DNA of 57,004 nt, taken from a virus (Duplodnaviria > Caudoviricetes). Under the pieces are notes generated by a model. It was not told the origin of the DNA and did no database searches. It saw nothing but the letters and a program-made list of their open reading frames with translations. Location: IMG/VR virus record IMGVR_UViG_3300024999_000122, positions 1 to 57,004 of that record. The stretch is one strand, 5' to 3'. This document shows, one piece after another, positions 9,938-19,222 of this stretch (position 1 is its first letter; each line of letters opens with the position of its first letter). The translations under genes and the position numbers were made by a program.

Positions 9938-10456
9938 ATGGCAGGAGCGCTAGACCTACTAAACTTAATAAAGGGGCAGCAAACAGCCCCAGGGCTACGT
10001 ATTGCCAAGGTAAGCAGCACGGAGCCAGACAAAATTACAATAACCTTTGAAGGCGAAAAGCTGGCCCTGGGGTTAGAAATATTTGAGGTACCCGTAGGCC
10101 TCTACCCGCTAAAAAAGGACGACAGACTTTTAGCCTTCCCGTTAATTGGTGAGCAAGCAGGCCAGCGCTGGGGGATTATCGAGAAGATTAACGGCGGTAT
10201 AACCATGGCCACTATGCAGAGTGCTACAAGCCTGCAAGTAGACGGTATGGATAAAGTATATTCAGACGACTTGATTATACCGCCGTACTTCGTGGTAAGT
10301 GATACCAGCAGCGTATATAGTGACAGTTACACGGGAAAAACCAGCGACGACTATCTAAAGAAAGCCGCCATAAGCCCTCTAAAGGCTGGCGACCGCGTAA
10401 GCATAGCGCCGACCTGGGACGCTAAAATAAAATACGTCGTACTGCAAAGGTACTAA
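9938..10456 (+). CDS. XkdR-like baseplate/spike protein
   Basis: Gene order; 'LKAGDRV..YVVL' ending. Confidence 0.6.
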   Translation: MAGALDLLNLIKGQQTAPGLRIAKVSSTEPDKITITFEGEKLALGLEIFEVPVGLYPLKKDDRLLAFPLIGEQAGQRWGIIEKINGGITMATMQSATSLQVDGMDKVYSDDLIIPPYFVVSDTSSVYSDSYTGKTSDDYLKKAAISPLKAGDRVSIAPTWDAKIKYVVLQRY

Positions 10457-10468
10457 GGAGGGGGTAAG

Positions 10469-10882
10469 GTGGCAGACAATAGAAAGACGCCCGTATTCGA
10501 CTTTAAGGCTGGAGAATTCACGGTAAACTACGACCGTGTAATTACGGCCACGGGAGGGGCAGCGGTTAAAGAGATCGTACAGAAGGCCCAGACTACGCCA
10601 CGGGGTAGGTACTTGATATATGCTAACCAGCTGGCCCGCTTAAACCATAAGTACGGAAGCGACGTACTGGACATAGCTACCAGGCGAGACATTAGCGAGG
10701 AATTACGCCTTAGTGAGCTACAGCGGGCGCTTAAGGAAGCGGTAAGGTACGATGCCTGGGTAAAGGAAGTCTATAACGTCGTCGTTACACGGGCCGAGAG
10801 CGGACAAATAACGGCCACGTATACCGTACGGACTATTTACGACACAGAGGTAGAAATAGAGGGGGTAATAGTAAATGGCTAG
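10469..10882 (+). CDS. XkdS-like baseplate wedge protein
   Basis: 'FDFKAGEF..T.RGRYLIY..YGS..SELQR...EA..YD..TIY' pattern. Confidence 0.8.
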   Translation: MADNRKTPVFDFKAGEFTVNYDRVITATGGAAVKEIVQKAQTTPRGRYLIYANQLARLNHKYGSDVLDIATRRDISEELRLSELQRALKEAVRYDAWVKEVYNVVVTRAESGQITATYTVRTIYDTEVEIEGVIVNG

Positions 10883-11978
10883 ACCTGTTTTTACCTCTGT
10901 ATTTGAAGAAGAGGAAAACGTAATACTGGCCAGAATGTTAGGCCGAGTAAGCGACGAATGGCGTAAGGAACCAGGCGACTATATCCACGACACTATAGCG
11001 GCCGCGCCGTTAGAAATTAAGCAGCTGGAGATTAACCAGGACTACGTACTTAAGAGCGGATTCGCCCAGTACGCGGAAGACGTAGACCTAGACGCCGCTT
11101 TAAACGCCAGAGGATTAACCAGGGACGTAGCTACCCCGAATAAGAGAACCTTACAGGTAAACGCTGACGCTGGGGTAGTCGTTCCAGCTGGGAAAAGGGC
11201 AAGCGTCGTTATCCTGGACAGTAACGGAAACCCGTTAGATTACACGGTAGACAGTACCGTAACATTCGCCGTAGCTGGGAATATGGACGTAGCCATAACG
11301 TGCAGCCAGGCGGGGACAATAGGGAACATTTCGACGGGCAGCCAGTTTATTATTATGCCGCCGATTCCTGGCGTACGGAGTATAACGGACTTAGGGCCTA
11401 TCGTACTAGGCGTAGCTAAAGAAACGGACCTAGCGGCCTGGGAACGCTACGACTTTACGGTAAAAAACCCAGACACGGGAGGCAATAAAAACGACTACGT
11501 ACGCTGGGCTACAGATATAGACGACGTAGGTAAAGCTAAATGTATACCGCGCTGGGCCGGGGTTAACACGGTAAAGGTTATCATTGTAGGTATTGATTTT
11601 ACGCCCGCGCTTCCAGCCTTAGTAGACGAAGTACAGGTTTACCTGGATCCAGGAAGCGCTGGCCTGGGGGAAGGTAAAGCACCGTGCGGGGCTGCGGTAA
11701 CCGTGGTAGCTGCTGACGGCTTGCCTATAAACATCACGGCTACGGTTACCTACGCAGGGGACCCCGTAACGACTAAGGAAGCCTTCGAAGTTTCGGTAGC
11801 TGCCCATTTAGCTAGTCTGGTATTCGTGGCAGAATCTAAAGTCGTCTGGGCCAGGATAGGGGCTATCCTTATCACGACGCCAGGGGTAAGTAACTACGCT
11901 GGTCTAACGGTTAACGGCGATGTAGTAGACATTACCGTAGGCGACGCAGCCCCGACCGTGGGGACGGTGACTGTTTAA
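10875..11978 (+). CDS. Baseplate J-like protein (XkdT-like)
   Basis: 'GGNKNDYVRWA..VG...IPRW.G..TVKV..AP.GA.VTV' motifs. Confidence 0.92.
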   Translation: MARPVFTSVFEEEENVILARMLGRVSDEWRKEPGDYIHDTIAAAPLEIKQLEINQDYVLKSGFAQYAEDVDLDAALNARGLTRDVATPNKRTLQVNADAGVVVPAGKRASVVILDSNGNPLDYTVDSTVTFAVAGNMDVAITCSQAGTIGNISTGSQFIIMPPIPGVRSITDLGPIVLGVAKETDLAAWERYDFTVKNPDTGGNKNDYVRWATDIDDVGKAKCIPRWAGVNTVKVIIVGIDFTPALPALVDEVQVYLDPGSAGLGEGKAPCGAAVTVVAADGLPINITATVTYAGDPVTTKEAFEVSVAAHLASLVFVAESKVVWARIGAILITTPGVSNYAGLTVNGDVVDITVGDAAPTVGTVTV

Positions 11979-12542
11979 ATGTCTGAACTATCCGAACGAA
12001 TGATAAACAGCGCCCCAGACTACTACCAGAATTCTGCAATTTACACGGGGATACAGGAATCCATAGCCGCAGAATTCGAGACAGTAGGCGTTAATAACTA
12101 CGATATTCACGCCCAACACGACCCCAGTACAGCTACCTGGGGCTTACGGTACTGGGAGGAAACTTTAGGCATAGCCACGGTGTTAACGGACAGCTACCCT
12201 ATACGCCGAAGCCGTGTACTAGCTAAATGGCGAAGTATCGGGAACTTTAGCGCAGCCTTAATTGAAAGCCTGGGGGAAGCGTTCACGAATGGCGACGTAG
12301 CGGTAGTTATGGACGTACCGACTAGCACGGTTAAAATTACGTTTATCGGTAAACGGGGCATACCGCCGAACCTGGACGACCTTAAGGCCAGTATAGACAA
12401 CGTAATGCACGCACATTTAGACACGGCTTACTTTTTTACGTACCTTATCTACAGTGAGCTAGCAGCGTGGGGCGGTACCTATGCCGAATTAGCGGCACTA
12501 GGAATGACGTACGCCGAACTGATTACCTGGAAGCCAGTATAA
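11979..12542 (+). CDS. XkdU-like baseplate protein
   Basis: 'PDYY..TATWGLRYWE..LGI..RRSRVLAK..AHL' motifs. Confidence 0.85.
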   Translation: MSELSERMINSAPDYYQNSAIYTGIQESIAAEFETVGVNNYDIHAQHDPSTATWGLRYWEETLGIATVLTDSYPIRRSRVLAKWRSIGNFSAALIESLGEAFTNGDVAVVMDVPTSTVKITFIGKRGIPPNLDDLKASIDNVMHAHLDTAYFFTYLIYSELAAWGGTYAELAALGMTYAELITWKPV

Positions 12543-12558
12543 GGAAGGGGGTTACTAG

Positions 12559-13443
12559 ATGCCTGGGAGTACAACGGTATATAATTTACCTTATCCATTA
12601 GAGAATGAGACAGCCGACCCGCGACTAGACCTACTGGCCTTGGCCGAAGCTACTGAAACGGCGCTAGGGGCTGTAGAAGACGCAATACCAGCAATGCCAG
12701 ACGTTCCCGTATTAAGCGTGAACGGTGAAACGGGAGCTGTGACACTAAGTGCCGCTGATGTCGGAGCCGAAACTCCAACCGGAGCACAGGCCAAAGCGGA
12801 CACGGCAGAAACCAATGCTAAGACATATGCAGACACTAAGGATGCTGAACATTTGGCGGAAGAAGCGACACAAGCACACTTGGCCCAAAACATTGGATTA
12901 GAAGATGTAGATGGTTTACTTGATGCCGAAGATGTTGAAGGAGCTATAGCTGAACTTGCAGCAACTGGATATAAGATAGTAATACCTGAGACTGCTACCA
13001 CAGAAGAAGTTGCGTTTATTGAATTAGCAATACCAACTGGATATCGAAAATTAAAACTATTTTTGAGGAATTTAAAATCAGTAGACACATCTTCCCACAA
13101 TGCTTATATAGGGTTCAATGGGGACGTAGGTAGTAATTATAGTTATGAGTACAGTTATGATACATCTGGCGGGGGCTCGTCTGGCTCCACAACAGGGATA
13201 TTGCTGGCGCGTCAAGTATCAAATATTAATCATAGAAGTGTATTTATAGATATTGAAAACGATCCAGCACTTGATAAGGATGTATACGGATTTTTTAACG
13301 GAAGAAGGGATAGTGTTAGTGAGCGCGGTCACTTAAATGGTGCTTGGGGGAATACGTCAGATGAAATATCCTCAATTAAAATATCCATCAATGGTGCAAC
13401 CATTTCCAGCGGCGCAAAAGTTGAAGTTTGGGGGTTGAAGTGA
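12559..13443 (+). CDS. Tail fibre / receptor-binding protein
   Basis: After baseplate genes; 'SVNGETGAVTLSAADVGA' and 'ETPTGAQAKAD' fibre motifs; AT-rich beta-rich C-terminal domain. Confidence 0.75.
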   Translation: MPGSTTVYNLPYPLENETADPRLDLLALAEATETALGAVEDAIPAMPDVPVLSVNGETGAVTLSAADVGAETPTGAQAKADTAETNAKTYADTKDAEHLAEEATQAHLAQNIGLEDVDGLLDAEDVEGAIAELAATGYKIVIPETATTEEVAFIELAIPTGYRKLKLFLRNLKSVDTSSHNAYIGFNGDVGSNYSYEYSYDTSGGGSSGSTTGILLARQVSNINHRSVFIDIENDPALDKDVYGFFNGRRDSVSERGHLNGAWGNTSDEISSIKISINGATISSGAKVEVWGLK

Positions 13444-13688
13444 TGCAGAAACTTGTCATTACTACTAATGGTGGGATTGTGATCGATTTAACTCCCAAAG
13501 AAATTGCACAAATGGAATTAGAAGCAAGTTTGCCGCCAGTTATTCCACCTAAAACGGAATTAGAATTATTGCAAGAAGAAAACGCATCCCTAAAGGGCAG
13601 AGTTATTAGAGCTGAGCAAATATTAACAACTAACACCATTGTCCAACAAGAGTTATTGGAATTATTAATTGATATGGAGGTAATTTAA
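13443..13688 (+). CDS. Small tail-fibre-associated protein (XkdW-like position)
   Basis: ATG overlaps fibre stop (TGATG); 'PPKTELELLQEEN' coiled coil; low GC. Confidence 0.55.
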   Translation: MQKLVITTNGGIVIDLTPKEIAQMELEASLPPVIPPKTELELLQEENASLKGRVIRAEQILTTNTIVQQELLELLIDMEVI

Positions 13689-13690
13689 AA

Positions 13691-13966
13691 ATGGCAGTAA
13701 ACACACTTTTGGTAAAATCCTATGCGACTAATGTATATCTTACAGGGACGAACTCTTTATCTAATATTGCAGCTACACGACCAGAGTATGTTCAACCAGT
13801 TATGCAACGTGCAGCCGATGCGTTTTACATTGATGACATTGATTACGCTTTATCACAAGGATGGATTACACCACAGGAACACGCCGACACACTGGCATTA
13901 AAAGGACCGGAAGATCCTCAGTATCGTCCGGAATTACTTGTGGCACAGGAAGAAGTTATGTCGTAG
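13691..13966 (+). CDS. Small tail-fibre-associated protein (XkdX-like)
   Basis: 'ALSQGWITPQEH' resembles the XkdX GWIT.E motif; RBS GGAGG. Confidence 0.55.
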   Translation: MAVNTLLVKSYATNVYLTGTNSLSNIAATRPEYVQPVMQRAADAFYIDDIDYALSQGWITPQEHADTLALKGPEDPQYRPELLVAQEEVMS

Positions 13967-13985
13967 TAGACGCATTATGTGACGT
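13958..13985. other. Candidate dif-like tyrosine-recombinase site
   Basis: ATGTCGTAGTA-GACGCA-TTATGTGACGT; 11-6-11 layout with partial match to the Bacillus dif arms as I recall them. Confidence 0.35.
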
Positions 13986-14002
13986 AAGGGTAAACGAAAT
14001 AG

Positions 14003-14047
14003 GAATAAAGAACTATTTACTTCTTTATTCGTCAATGTTAGCATAAT
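14003..14047 (+). promoter_or_regulatory. Promoter/operator of the recombinase gene
   Basis: gaataaagaa-N8-ttctttattc inverted repeat overlapping TTTACT-N17-TAGCAT. Confidence 0.5.
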
Positions 14048-14082
14048 TCTAATTCCGAAATAAAAAGAGGGGGATTAGAATT

Positions 14083-15081
14083 ATGCTATCTACTGCCACG
14101 GGAGACATTTTAAGTAACCAGGTTATGGGGTTAGTGTACTCGTTATATCCTAACATTGACGCTGAATTACTCCAGCTGGGGTTGAGTAGGTTAATTTCCC
14201 AGTATGACGTTAGACCTTCTAAACTGGGGGAAGGTAACCCAGACCTTCATCAGAAAATAACACTGTTCCTGGAAGGTAAAAGGCTGGAGGGTTTAAGCCC
14301 CGTAACCCTAGCTAGTTATCTTATAGAATTGCGTACGTTCTCCAGGTATATCCAGAAGCCAGCGGCAGACATAACGACTACTGATATTAGGTATTTCTTA
14401 AGCCAGTGGGAAAGTCTAAAAACTAGCTCATTATCTAAAAAACTCTCAGTTCTTAAAAGTTTTTTCAGCTGGCTAAATACTGAAGAAATAGTAACCAAAG
14501 ACCCGACACGAAGGATTAAGCCGCCGAAAAAAGAAAAACGCTTACCTAAGAGCCTGTCAGTCGAGGAATTGGAACTACTGAGGGAGGCGTGCAGGACCAG
14601 AAGGGAACGTGCAGTAGTCGAAGTACTGTATTCTACGGGCTGCCGACTATCCGAGGTATTAAACTTAAACAAGGAGGACATAAATTACCAGTCAATGTCT
14701 ACACGGGTAATAGGCAAGGGGAACAAAGAAAGGGAGGTATTTTTCTCTCATAAGGCCCTGTTCCACTTGAAAAAGTATTTTATCCAACGTAAGGACATGA
14801 GCCAGGCGTTATTTTCAACAGAACGCCAGCCCTACGAGCGGCTATCTTCCAGGGGCCTACAAAGGGAGATAAAAGTAATTGCCGCCCGTGCTGGGTTAAC
14901 TAAAAGCGTATACCCTCACATTTTTAGGCATACATTCGCCACAGACTTACTTAATAACGGCGCTGAACTATCGACCGTACAGGCCCTATTAGGGCATGAA
15001 GACCCGGCGACGACGCTAATTTATTGTTCAGTTACCGACGATAAGAAGCGCCAAGCACATAAGCAATATCACGCACAATAG
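14083..15081 (+). CDS. XerC/D-like tyrosine recombinase
   Basis: 'STGCRLSE' (R), 'GKGNKER' (K), 'PHIFRH' (HxxR), 'LGHE..TTLIY' (H,Y); N-terminal SAM-like domain. Confidence 0.95.
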   Translation: MLSTATGDILSNQVMGLVYSLYPNIDAELLQLGLSRLISQYDVRPSKLGEGNPDLHQKITLFLEGKRLEGLSPVTLASYLIELRTFSRYIQKPAADITTTDIRYFLSQWESLKTSSLSKKLSVLKSFFSWLNTEEIVTKDPTRRIKPPKKEKRLPKSLSVEELELLREACRTRRERAVVEVLYSTGCRLSEVLNLNKEDINYQSMSTRVIGKGNKEREVFFSHKALFHLKKYFIQRKDMSQALFSTERQPYERLSSRGLQREIKVIAARAGLTKSVYPHIFRHTFATDLLNNGAELSTVQALLGHEDPATTLIYCSVTDDKKRQAHKQYHAQ

Positions 15082-15087
15082 GTACGT

Positions 15088-15121
15088 AAAAGACCAGGCC
15101 CACAAAGCCGGGTCTTTTATT
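15088..15121 (+). terminator. Intrinsic terminator after recombinase gene
   Basis: aaaagacc.ggc / gcc.ggtctttt stem-loop. Confidence 0.65.
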
Positions 15122-15177
15122 GTGAGCCAGTCCCGCGCCTAACGGGATGAAAGCCGAAAGACGAAGGGGGCGTAAAG

Positions 15178-15561
15178 GTGGCAGGGACAGAGGCAGTAAG
15201 CCTGCAAGTATGCGAGGTAGTAAGGGAAAATACCCAGGCCCAAATAAACGTAAACGTAAAGCGCCTAGACGCCCACAGCCTGGAGATAAAAGAACTGACC
15301 AGGATAGGCGACAGGTTGACCCAGCTTATTGAAATGCAATGTAAGCAGCTTGAAGATAAGACCAAGCAGCTGGAAGAACATAGCCACAGACTTGAAGAAC
15401 TAGAAATCGAAAAGCAGAAGCCCGCCCCTAAAGCTGCCTGGTACGAAACAAGTACGGGCAGCTTCGTAGTTAAGACAGGTATGGTAATTCTGGTCATGGT
15501 AGTAGCAGCAGCCATTGGCCAAAATTATAAGGACGTCCTAGCCACCGTATTCAGTAAGTAA
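15178..15561 (+). CDS. XhlA-like/holin-associated lysis membrane protein
   Basis: Coiled coil followed by one C-terminal transmembrane helix; directly upstream of endolysin. Confidence 0.6.
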   Translation: MAGTEAVSLQVCEVVRENTQAQINVNVKRLDAHSLEIKELTRIGDRLTQLIEMQCKQLEDKTKQLEEHSHRLEELEIEKQKPAPKAAWYETSTGSFVVKTGMVILVMVVAAAIGQNYKDVLATVFSK

Positions 15562-15574
15562 AGGAGGGAATACC

Positions 15575-16366
15575 TTGTATCCAGTAACCGCAAACTATCT
15601 AGCCGTAAACCGTTCCAAGATACCATTAAACCCAGAAGGCGCTATATGTCATTCTACGGCGACGCCGGGAGCCACAGACGAGAATGAATTCACGTTCTAT
15701 AACGGGGCCTACCGCGGGGCTTCGGCTCACGCCTTCATTGACTGGGACAGTATTACCGAAACGATACCCCGGAACGAACGAGCAGGGCACGCAGGGCCTA
15801 CAGCTAACCGTAGGTTTGTAGGCGTTGAGTTATGCGAACCACGCGACGACGACCCAGACCGTTTTAGGAAGTTCACGGAAGTATGGAAACGCGGCGTATG
15901 GTATTTCGCGGACATGTTCATACAGGAAGGCTGGAGCATTGGTGCTCTGCATTCTCACAAATGGGTAAGTGAAACGTACCACGAAACAGACCATACGGAC
16001 CCCTACGAATACTTCCAAAGGTACGGTAAGACGTTCGGCGACTTTAACGACGACGTAGCGGCAGAAATGGAGCGGCTTAAAAACGGGGAGGTAGACGACG
16101 TGTTAGAAGAAGCTATTTTGAAATTCACAAGTGAAGACGAATGGGCGGCCAAAGACGTGGACGCTAAGCGTGGAGGTATCGCAAACTTTACACGTCAGGG
16201 CACCGACAGATCAGTAATACCAGCGGCAGCTTTAAGTGCTAAGAAATTGTATATCATAGGTGGCCCAGACGTACCGACGCACCCGAACCGTATTTACATG
16301 TCTGGTAACGACAAATACGACACGGCCGCAGAAGTGGGGAGGGCCTTGAAAGACGGGCGGGTATAA
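15575..16366 (+). CDS. Endolysin, N-acetylmuramoyl-L-alanine amidase (Amidase_2) with CWB2-like tail
   Basis: 'HSTATPG..ASAH.F..HAG.TAN..GVELCE..H..TDHTDP'; C-terminal 'LYIIGG..MSGNDKYDTA' resembles cell-wall-binding repeat 2. Confidence 0.9.
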   Translation: MYPVTANYLAVNRSKIPLNPEGAICHSTATPGATDENEFTFYNGAYRGASAHAFIDWDSITETIPRNERAGHAGPTANRRFVGVELCEPRDDDPDRFRKFTEVWKRGVWYFADMFIQEGWSIGALHSHKWVSETYHETDHTDPYEYFQRYGKTFGDFNDDVAAEMERLKNGEVDDVLEEAILKFTSEDEWAAKDVDAKRGGIANFTRQGTDRSVIPAAALSAKKLYIIGGPDVPTHPNRIYMSGNDKYDTAAEVGRALKDGRV

Positions 16367-16368
16367 AC

Positions 16369-16557
16369 ATGGACGAACAAACGAAAGACGAAGAAATAGC
16401 GCGCCTTAAGGCTAAAGTAGCCCAGCTGGAAAAAGACCTAGATACTGCTCGCTGCCAGGTTATTGTAGCCGAGCGAATAACCCAGAAAACAAAGGGCCTT
16501 ATGGCCGAATACGAAGGATTCTTTAAGACCATGAAAAAACTACAAGGGGGTGTTTAA
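16369..16557 (+). CDS. Hypothetical coiled-coil protein in lysis cassette
   Basis: 62-aa ORF tightly coupled to both neighbours. Confidence 0.55.
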   Translation: MDEQTKDEEIARLKAKVAQLEKDLDTARCQVIVAERITQKTKGLMAEYEGFFKTMKKLQGGV

Positions 16558-16948
16558 TTTGACTATTTTATTGTTTATACTAGCCTGGCTTAAAATTTAC
16601 TGGCTGGACGTCTTAGTAGCCGCGGTATTCGGGGCTGTAGTTATCTGGCTGCTACGGCGCGGTAAAGTGGACACAGTGAAACAGATCATGCTTTACCTGG
16701 TAATGAGGGCCGAACGTAAACTAGGCAGCGGGACAGGGCCTTTAAAGTACGCATCAGTTATTGCAGGAATATACGAATATATACCCGTTATACTTCGTCT
16801 GATATTCACTAAAGACGAGTTAAGCCAGTATTTAGAAGAAGCCGTAAACAAACTGGAAACAATTTTAAAGGAGCCAGGCACTAACCTACTGACCTACGAA
16901 CAGGAAGCCCCGGCCACACAAGCAAAGAACATACCGAAAGACGAATAA
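16550..16948 (+). CDS. Holin
   Basis: N-terminal hydrophobic helices; 'AERKLGSGTGPLKY...EEAV' resembles LL-H-type holins. Confidence 0.7.
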   Translation: MFNLTILLFILAWLKIYWLDVLVAAVFGAVVIWLLRRGKVDTVKQIMLYLVMRAERKLGSGTGPLKYASVIAGIYEYIPVILRLIFTKDELSQYLEEAVNKLETILKEPGTNLLTYEQEAPATQAKNIPKDE

Positions 16949-16950
16949 CG

Positions 16951-16992
16951 AAAAGAAGACCCTGGGCGTAAAAGCCTGGGGTCTTCTTTTTT
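16951..16992 (+). terminator. Intrinsic (probably bidirectional) terminator ending the lysis cassette
   Basis: aaaagaagaccctgggc / gcctggggtcttcttttt. Confidence 0.85.
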
Positions 16993-17038
16993 GGTTATAA
17001 ATGTAATATACTAACAAAAAAGAACAGGGGGCGACGAC

Positions 17039-17416
17039 GTGGCTAATAAATTAAAGCTGGAACTGGTAACGGGCTACGGTAGTATTACAGGTAAGACCGT
17101 AACACTGAGCAGGGGGAAGAAGACGAAAAGCCTTAAATTTGTAACGGGTATGTTTAACGAAATCCAGGACTACGAAGTAACGGGCCTGGAATGGCAGCAG
17201 AAAGACGAAAGAAGCTTAGGCAAGGGCCTGGGCGGCGGTATTATAGGCGGGTTACTGGCCGGTCCTTTTGGCCTGGCTGCGGGGGCTGCGTTAGGCGGGC
17301 GTAAGAAAGATAAGTCCACAGCTGTAATACGGGTGGACGCCAACGGCCAGGAAGCAGCTATTTACGTGCAATGCGACGCCAGGGAGTACGAAGAACTTAC
17401 CAGGCTGCTAATGTAA
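17039..17416 (+). CDS. Hypothetical protein with glycine-zipper hydrophobic segment
   Basis: 'GKGLGGGIIGGLLAGPFGLAAGAALGG'; stand-alone gene. Confidence 0.65.
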   Translation: MANKLKLELVTGYGSITGKTVTLSRGKKTKSLKFVTGMFNEIQDYEVTGLEWQQKDERSLGKGLGGGIIGGLLAGPFGLAAGAALGGRKKDKSTAVIRVDANGQEAAIYVQCDAREYEELTRLLM

Positions 17417-17454
17417 AAGACTTCCAGCTTTAGAACGACGGGGAGAGGGTCTTA

Positions 17455-17640
17455 CATACATACTATGTATATATACATATAACTAATACTATTATATATA
17501 ATATATATATATTATAGTAGTATATATAATATATAAGGTATGTAATTACTTAGGGGGGTATACTTTTTTAATTTTGGTTTTTAGAAATCAAAGTTAGGGG
17601 GGACTACCCCCCTTCTTATTTTGCGTTCTTATATATTAAT
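17455..17640. repeat. AT-rich hairpin element, copy 1
   Basis: TA-repeat tract; 34 bp (17513-17546) identical to 48300-48333; G6-ACTA-C6 hairpin at 17596-17613. Confidence 0.9.
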
Positions 17641-17646
17641 TTTCAG

Positions 17647-17685
17647 TAAAGAAGTATTGACTTCTTTATATCATTTTAGTAATAT
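17647..17685 (+). promoter_or_regulatory. sigmaA promoter with palindromic operator
   Basis: TTGACT(17657)-N17-TAATAT(17680); taaagaag-N6-cttcttta palindrome over the -35. Confidence 0.75.
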
Positions 17686-17719
17686 AGGGGTATAGAAATT
17701 TACTTAAGGGGGCTTTTAC

Positions 17720-18685
17720 ATGAGAATGACAAGTAAAGCGCGGTTATGCGAGCGGGCTAACAAGATTATCGACGACTTTCAGGTAGTAACTGAACGGCTT
17801 TTTACCCTTCGCGACCAGGGTAAAATTACAGGCGGCTGCCTAATGGTTTACAACTGGAACAACACTTATTACGAAATGCTAAGCAAGGTTGTGTACCCGA
17901 CTTCAAAAGGTTACAAAAATACCACTGAATCAGAAATAGGGGTATTAGTTAAGCTTTACGAAGCTGAACGCGTAAAGGCCCTGGCCTTTGTCGAAGAACA
18001 AGAAGCCGCTACCATGGAAACGTGCCAAAAGGCCCAGGTAGAAGCTGAGCTAGCCGCCACTACCGCCGTAGAAGGTGCGGAAGTTATGACATTCTGCGAA
18101 ATGCACAAGGCTAGCGGCGGCTGTGAAGAGTGCCCTAACCGCTACGTATGCGAGGACAGCCCACTAAAGACCGTGCCCCAGAAGCCCGAAGCAGACGCGG
18201 CCGCCGAAGCCGAAAAGAACAAGGCTAAGAACTTTCTTGTAGGTTACTACGTCGTCAAAGAAGACGAGGTATTTACAGACAACGGTTACGCGTGCGCGGC
18301 CTGGTTTAAGAAAATCCTAGTTAAAGCTGGAAGATACGCCGTAATGGCCGGCCAGTATAGCTACCACGAACGCGACAAGTATTACATGGATAAGCTGGCC
18401 GACCGTTCCCTAAGCGTTAAGCTGCCTGGTACCGTCGTAGCTGCTGACTTCCAGGGGCGCTACTTCGGGAAACCTATAGGCGGTAGCGACGACGCCAGTA
18501 AAAAGTACCTGGGGGAAACGTCTAGCATATGCCTAAGCCCGTACGCCCACGCTACAGCCCTGGCCATACTGGAAGGGACCAGCAGCATAGAACTACTTCC
18601 AGAATTCGAAGCCAGAGAAATACCGTTCGAGTACGAAGGTAAGCCGAACAAGACCTACGGGATATTTAGAAAGGCAGGCGTTTAA
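17720..18685 (+). CDS. Hypothetical early protein
   Basis: 321-aa ORF with RBS; central Cys cluster (CEMHKASGGCEECPNRYVC). Confidence 0.7.
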   Translation: MRMTSKARLCERANKIIDDFQVVTERLFTLRDQGKITGGCLMVYNWNNTYYEMLSKVVYPTSKGYKNTTESEIGVLVKLYEAERVKALAFVEEQEAATMETCQKAQVEAELAATTAVEGAEVMTFCEMHKASGGCEECPNRYVCEDSPLKTVPQKPEADAAAEAEKNKAKNFLVGYYVVKEDEVFTDNGYACAAWFKKILVKAGRYAVMAGQYSYHERDKYYMDKLADRSLSVKLPGTVVAADFQGRYFGKPIGGSDDASKKYLGETSSICLSPYAHATALAILEGTSSIELLPEFEAREIPFEYEGKPNKTYGIFRKAGV

Positions 18686-18686
18686 C

Positions 18687-18875
18687 ATGATTAAGCCTGC
18701 AAGCATTAAAAACGGGGAGCTAGTTACCGAGAAGTACAAGGAACGGGTAAGGCCTTTTAGGAAGCTGGTAGAATGGAACTACCGAGACGTAAACGGCAAT
18801 CTACACGCTGGAGTAGCGCCGTCGCTGGAAGTTGCGGAAGAAAGGGCCGCTAAGCACGGGTACGTTAAGCCATGA
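18687..18875 (+). CDS. Hypothetical protein
   Basis: Coupled ORF in early operon. Confidence 0.6.
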   Translation: MIKPASIKNGELVTEKYKERVRPFRKLVEWNYRDVNGNLHAGVAPSLEVAEERAAKHGYVKP

Positions 18876-19222
18876 AGAAACGTAAGCCGCCTAAGAACAT
18901 GGTTTACTACTCCAGTCAACTTACCCCAGGAGGAACCCAGGTACTACCCGTTAAACCGTTATGGCTTATAGATTTCCCGGAATCCCCAAAGTATAGGTTT
19001 TTCCTTTATCACAGTGAAACCCAGCACGCCTACTTTGTCCTGGAAGTAACTACGGGTATGGGCGTGTCAAGTAATAAACCCGCTACCCAGAAGGACGCCC
19101 TGGAAAAGGCGGCTGCTAACCTAAAGCTATACGCCGCCGACTTCGACAAGATCGTAGCTGACTTTATCAAAAAGCACGGGGCCGCCCCTAGTCCCCATAA
19201 GGAGGAACCAGAACAATGTTAG
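18872..19222 (+). CDS. Hypothetical protein
   Basis: ATGA overlap with upstream ORF. Confidence 0.6.
   Translation: MKKRKPPKNMVYYSSQLTPGGTQVLPVKPLWLIDFPESPKYRFFLYHSETQHAYFVLEVTTGMGVSSNKPATQKDALEKAAANLKLYAADFDKIVADFIKKHGAAPSPHKEEPEQC

Noticed and set aside
12559-13443. Diversity-generating retroelement or invertible shufflon at the tail fibre
   Set aside because: No reverse transcriptase, no template repeat and no second or inverted fibre tip seen; similarity between the HLA junction and the dif-like site is only about 10/22.
14083-15081. Classical lysogeny module
   Set aside because: No divergent CI/Cro pair or partition genes nearby; the recombinase role and phage lifestyle cannot be settled from sequence alone.
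17455-17640. AT-rich elements as CRISPR arrays or protelomerase target sites
   Set aside because: No repeat-spacer periodicity, no long perfect palindrome, and no cas or protelomerase gene recognised.
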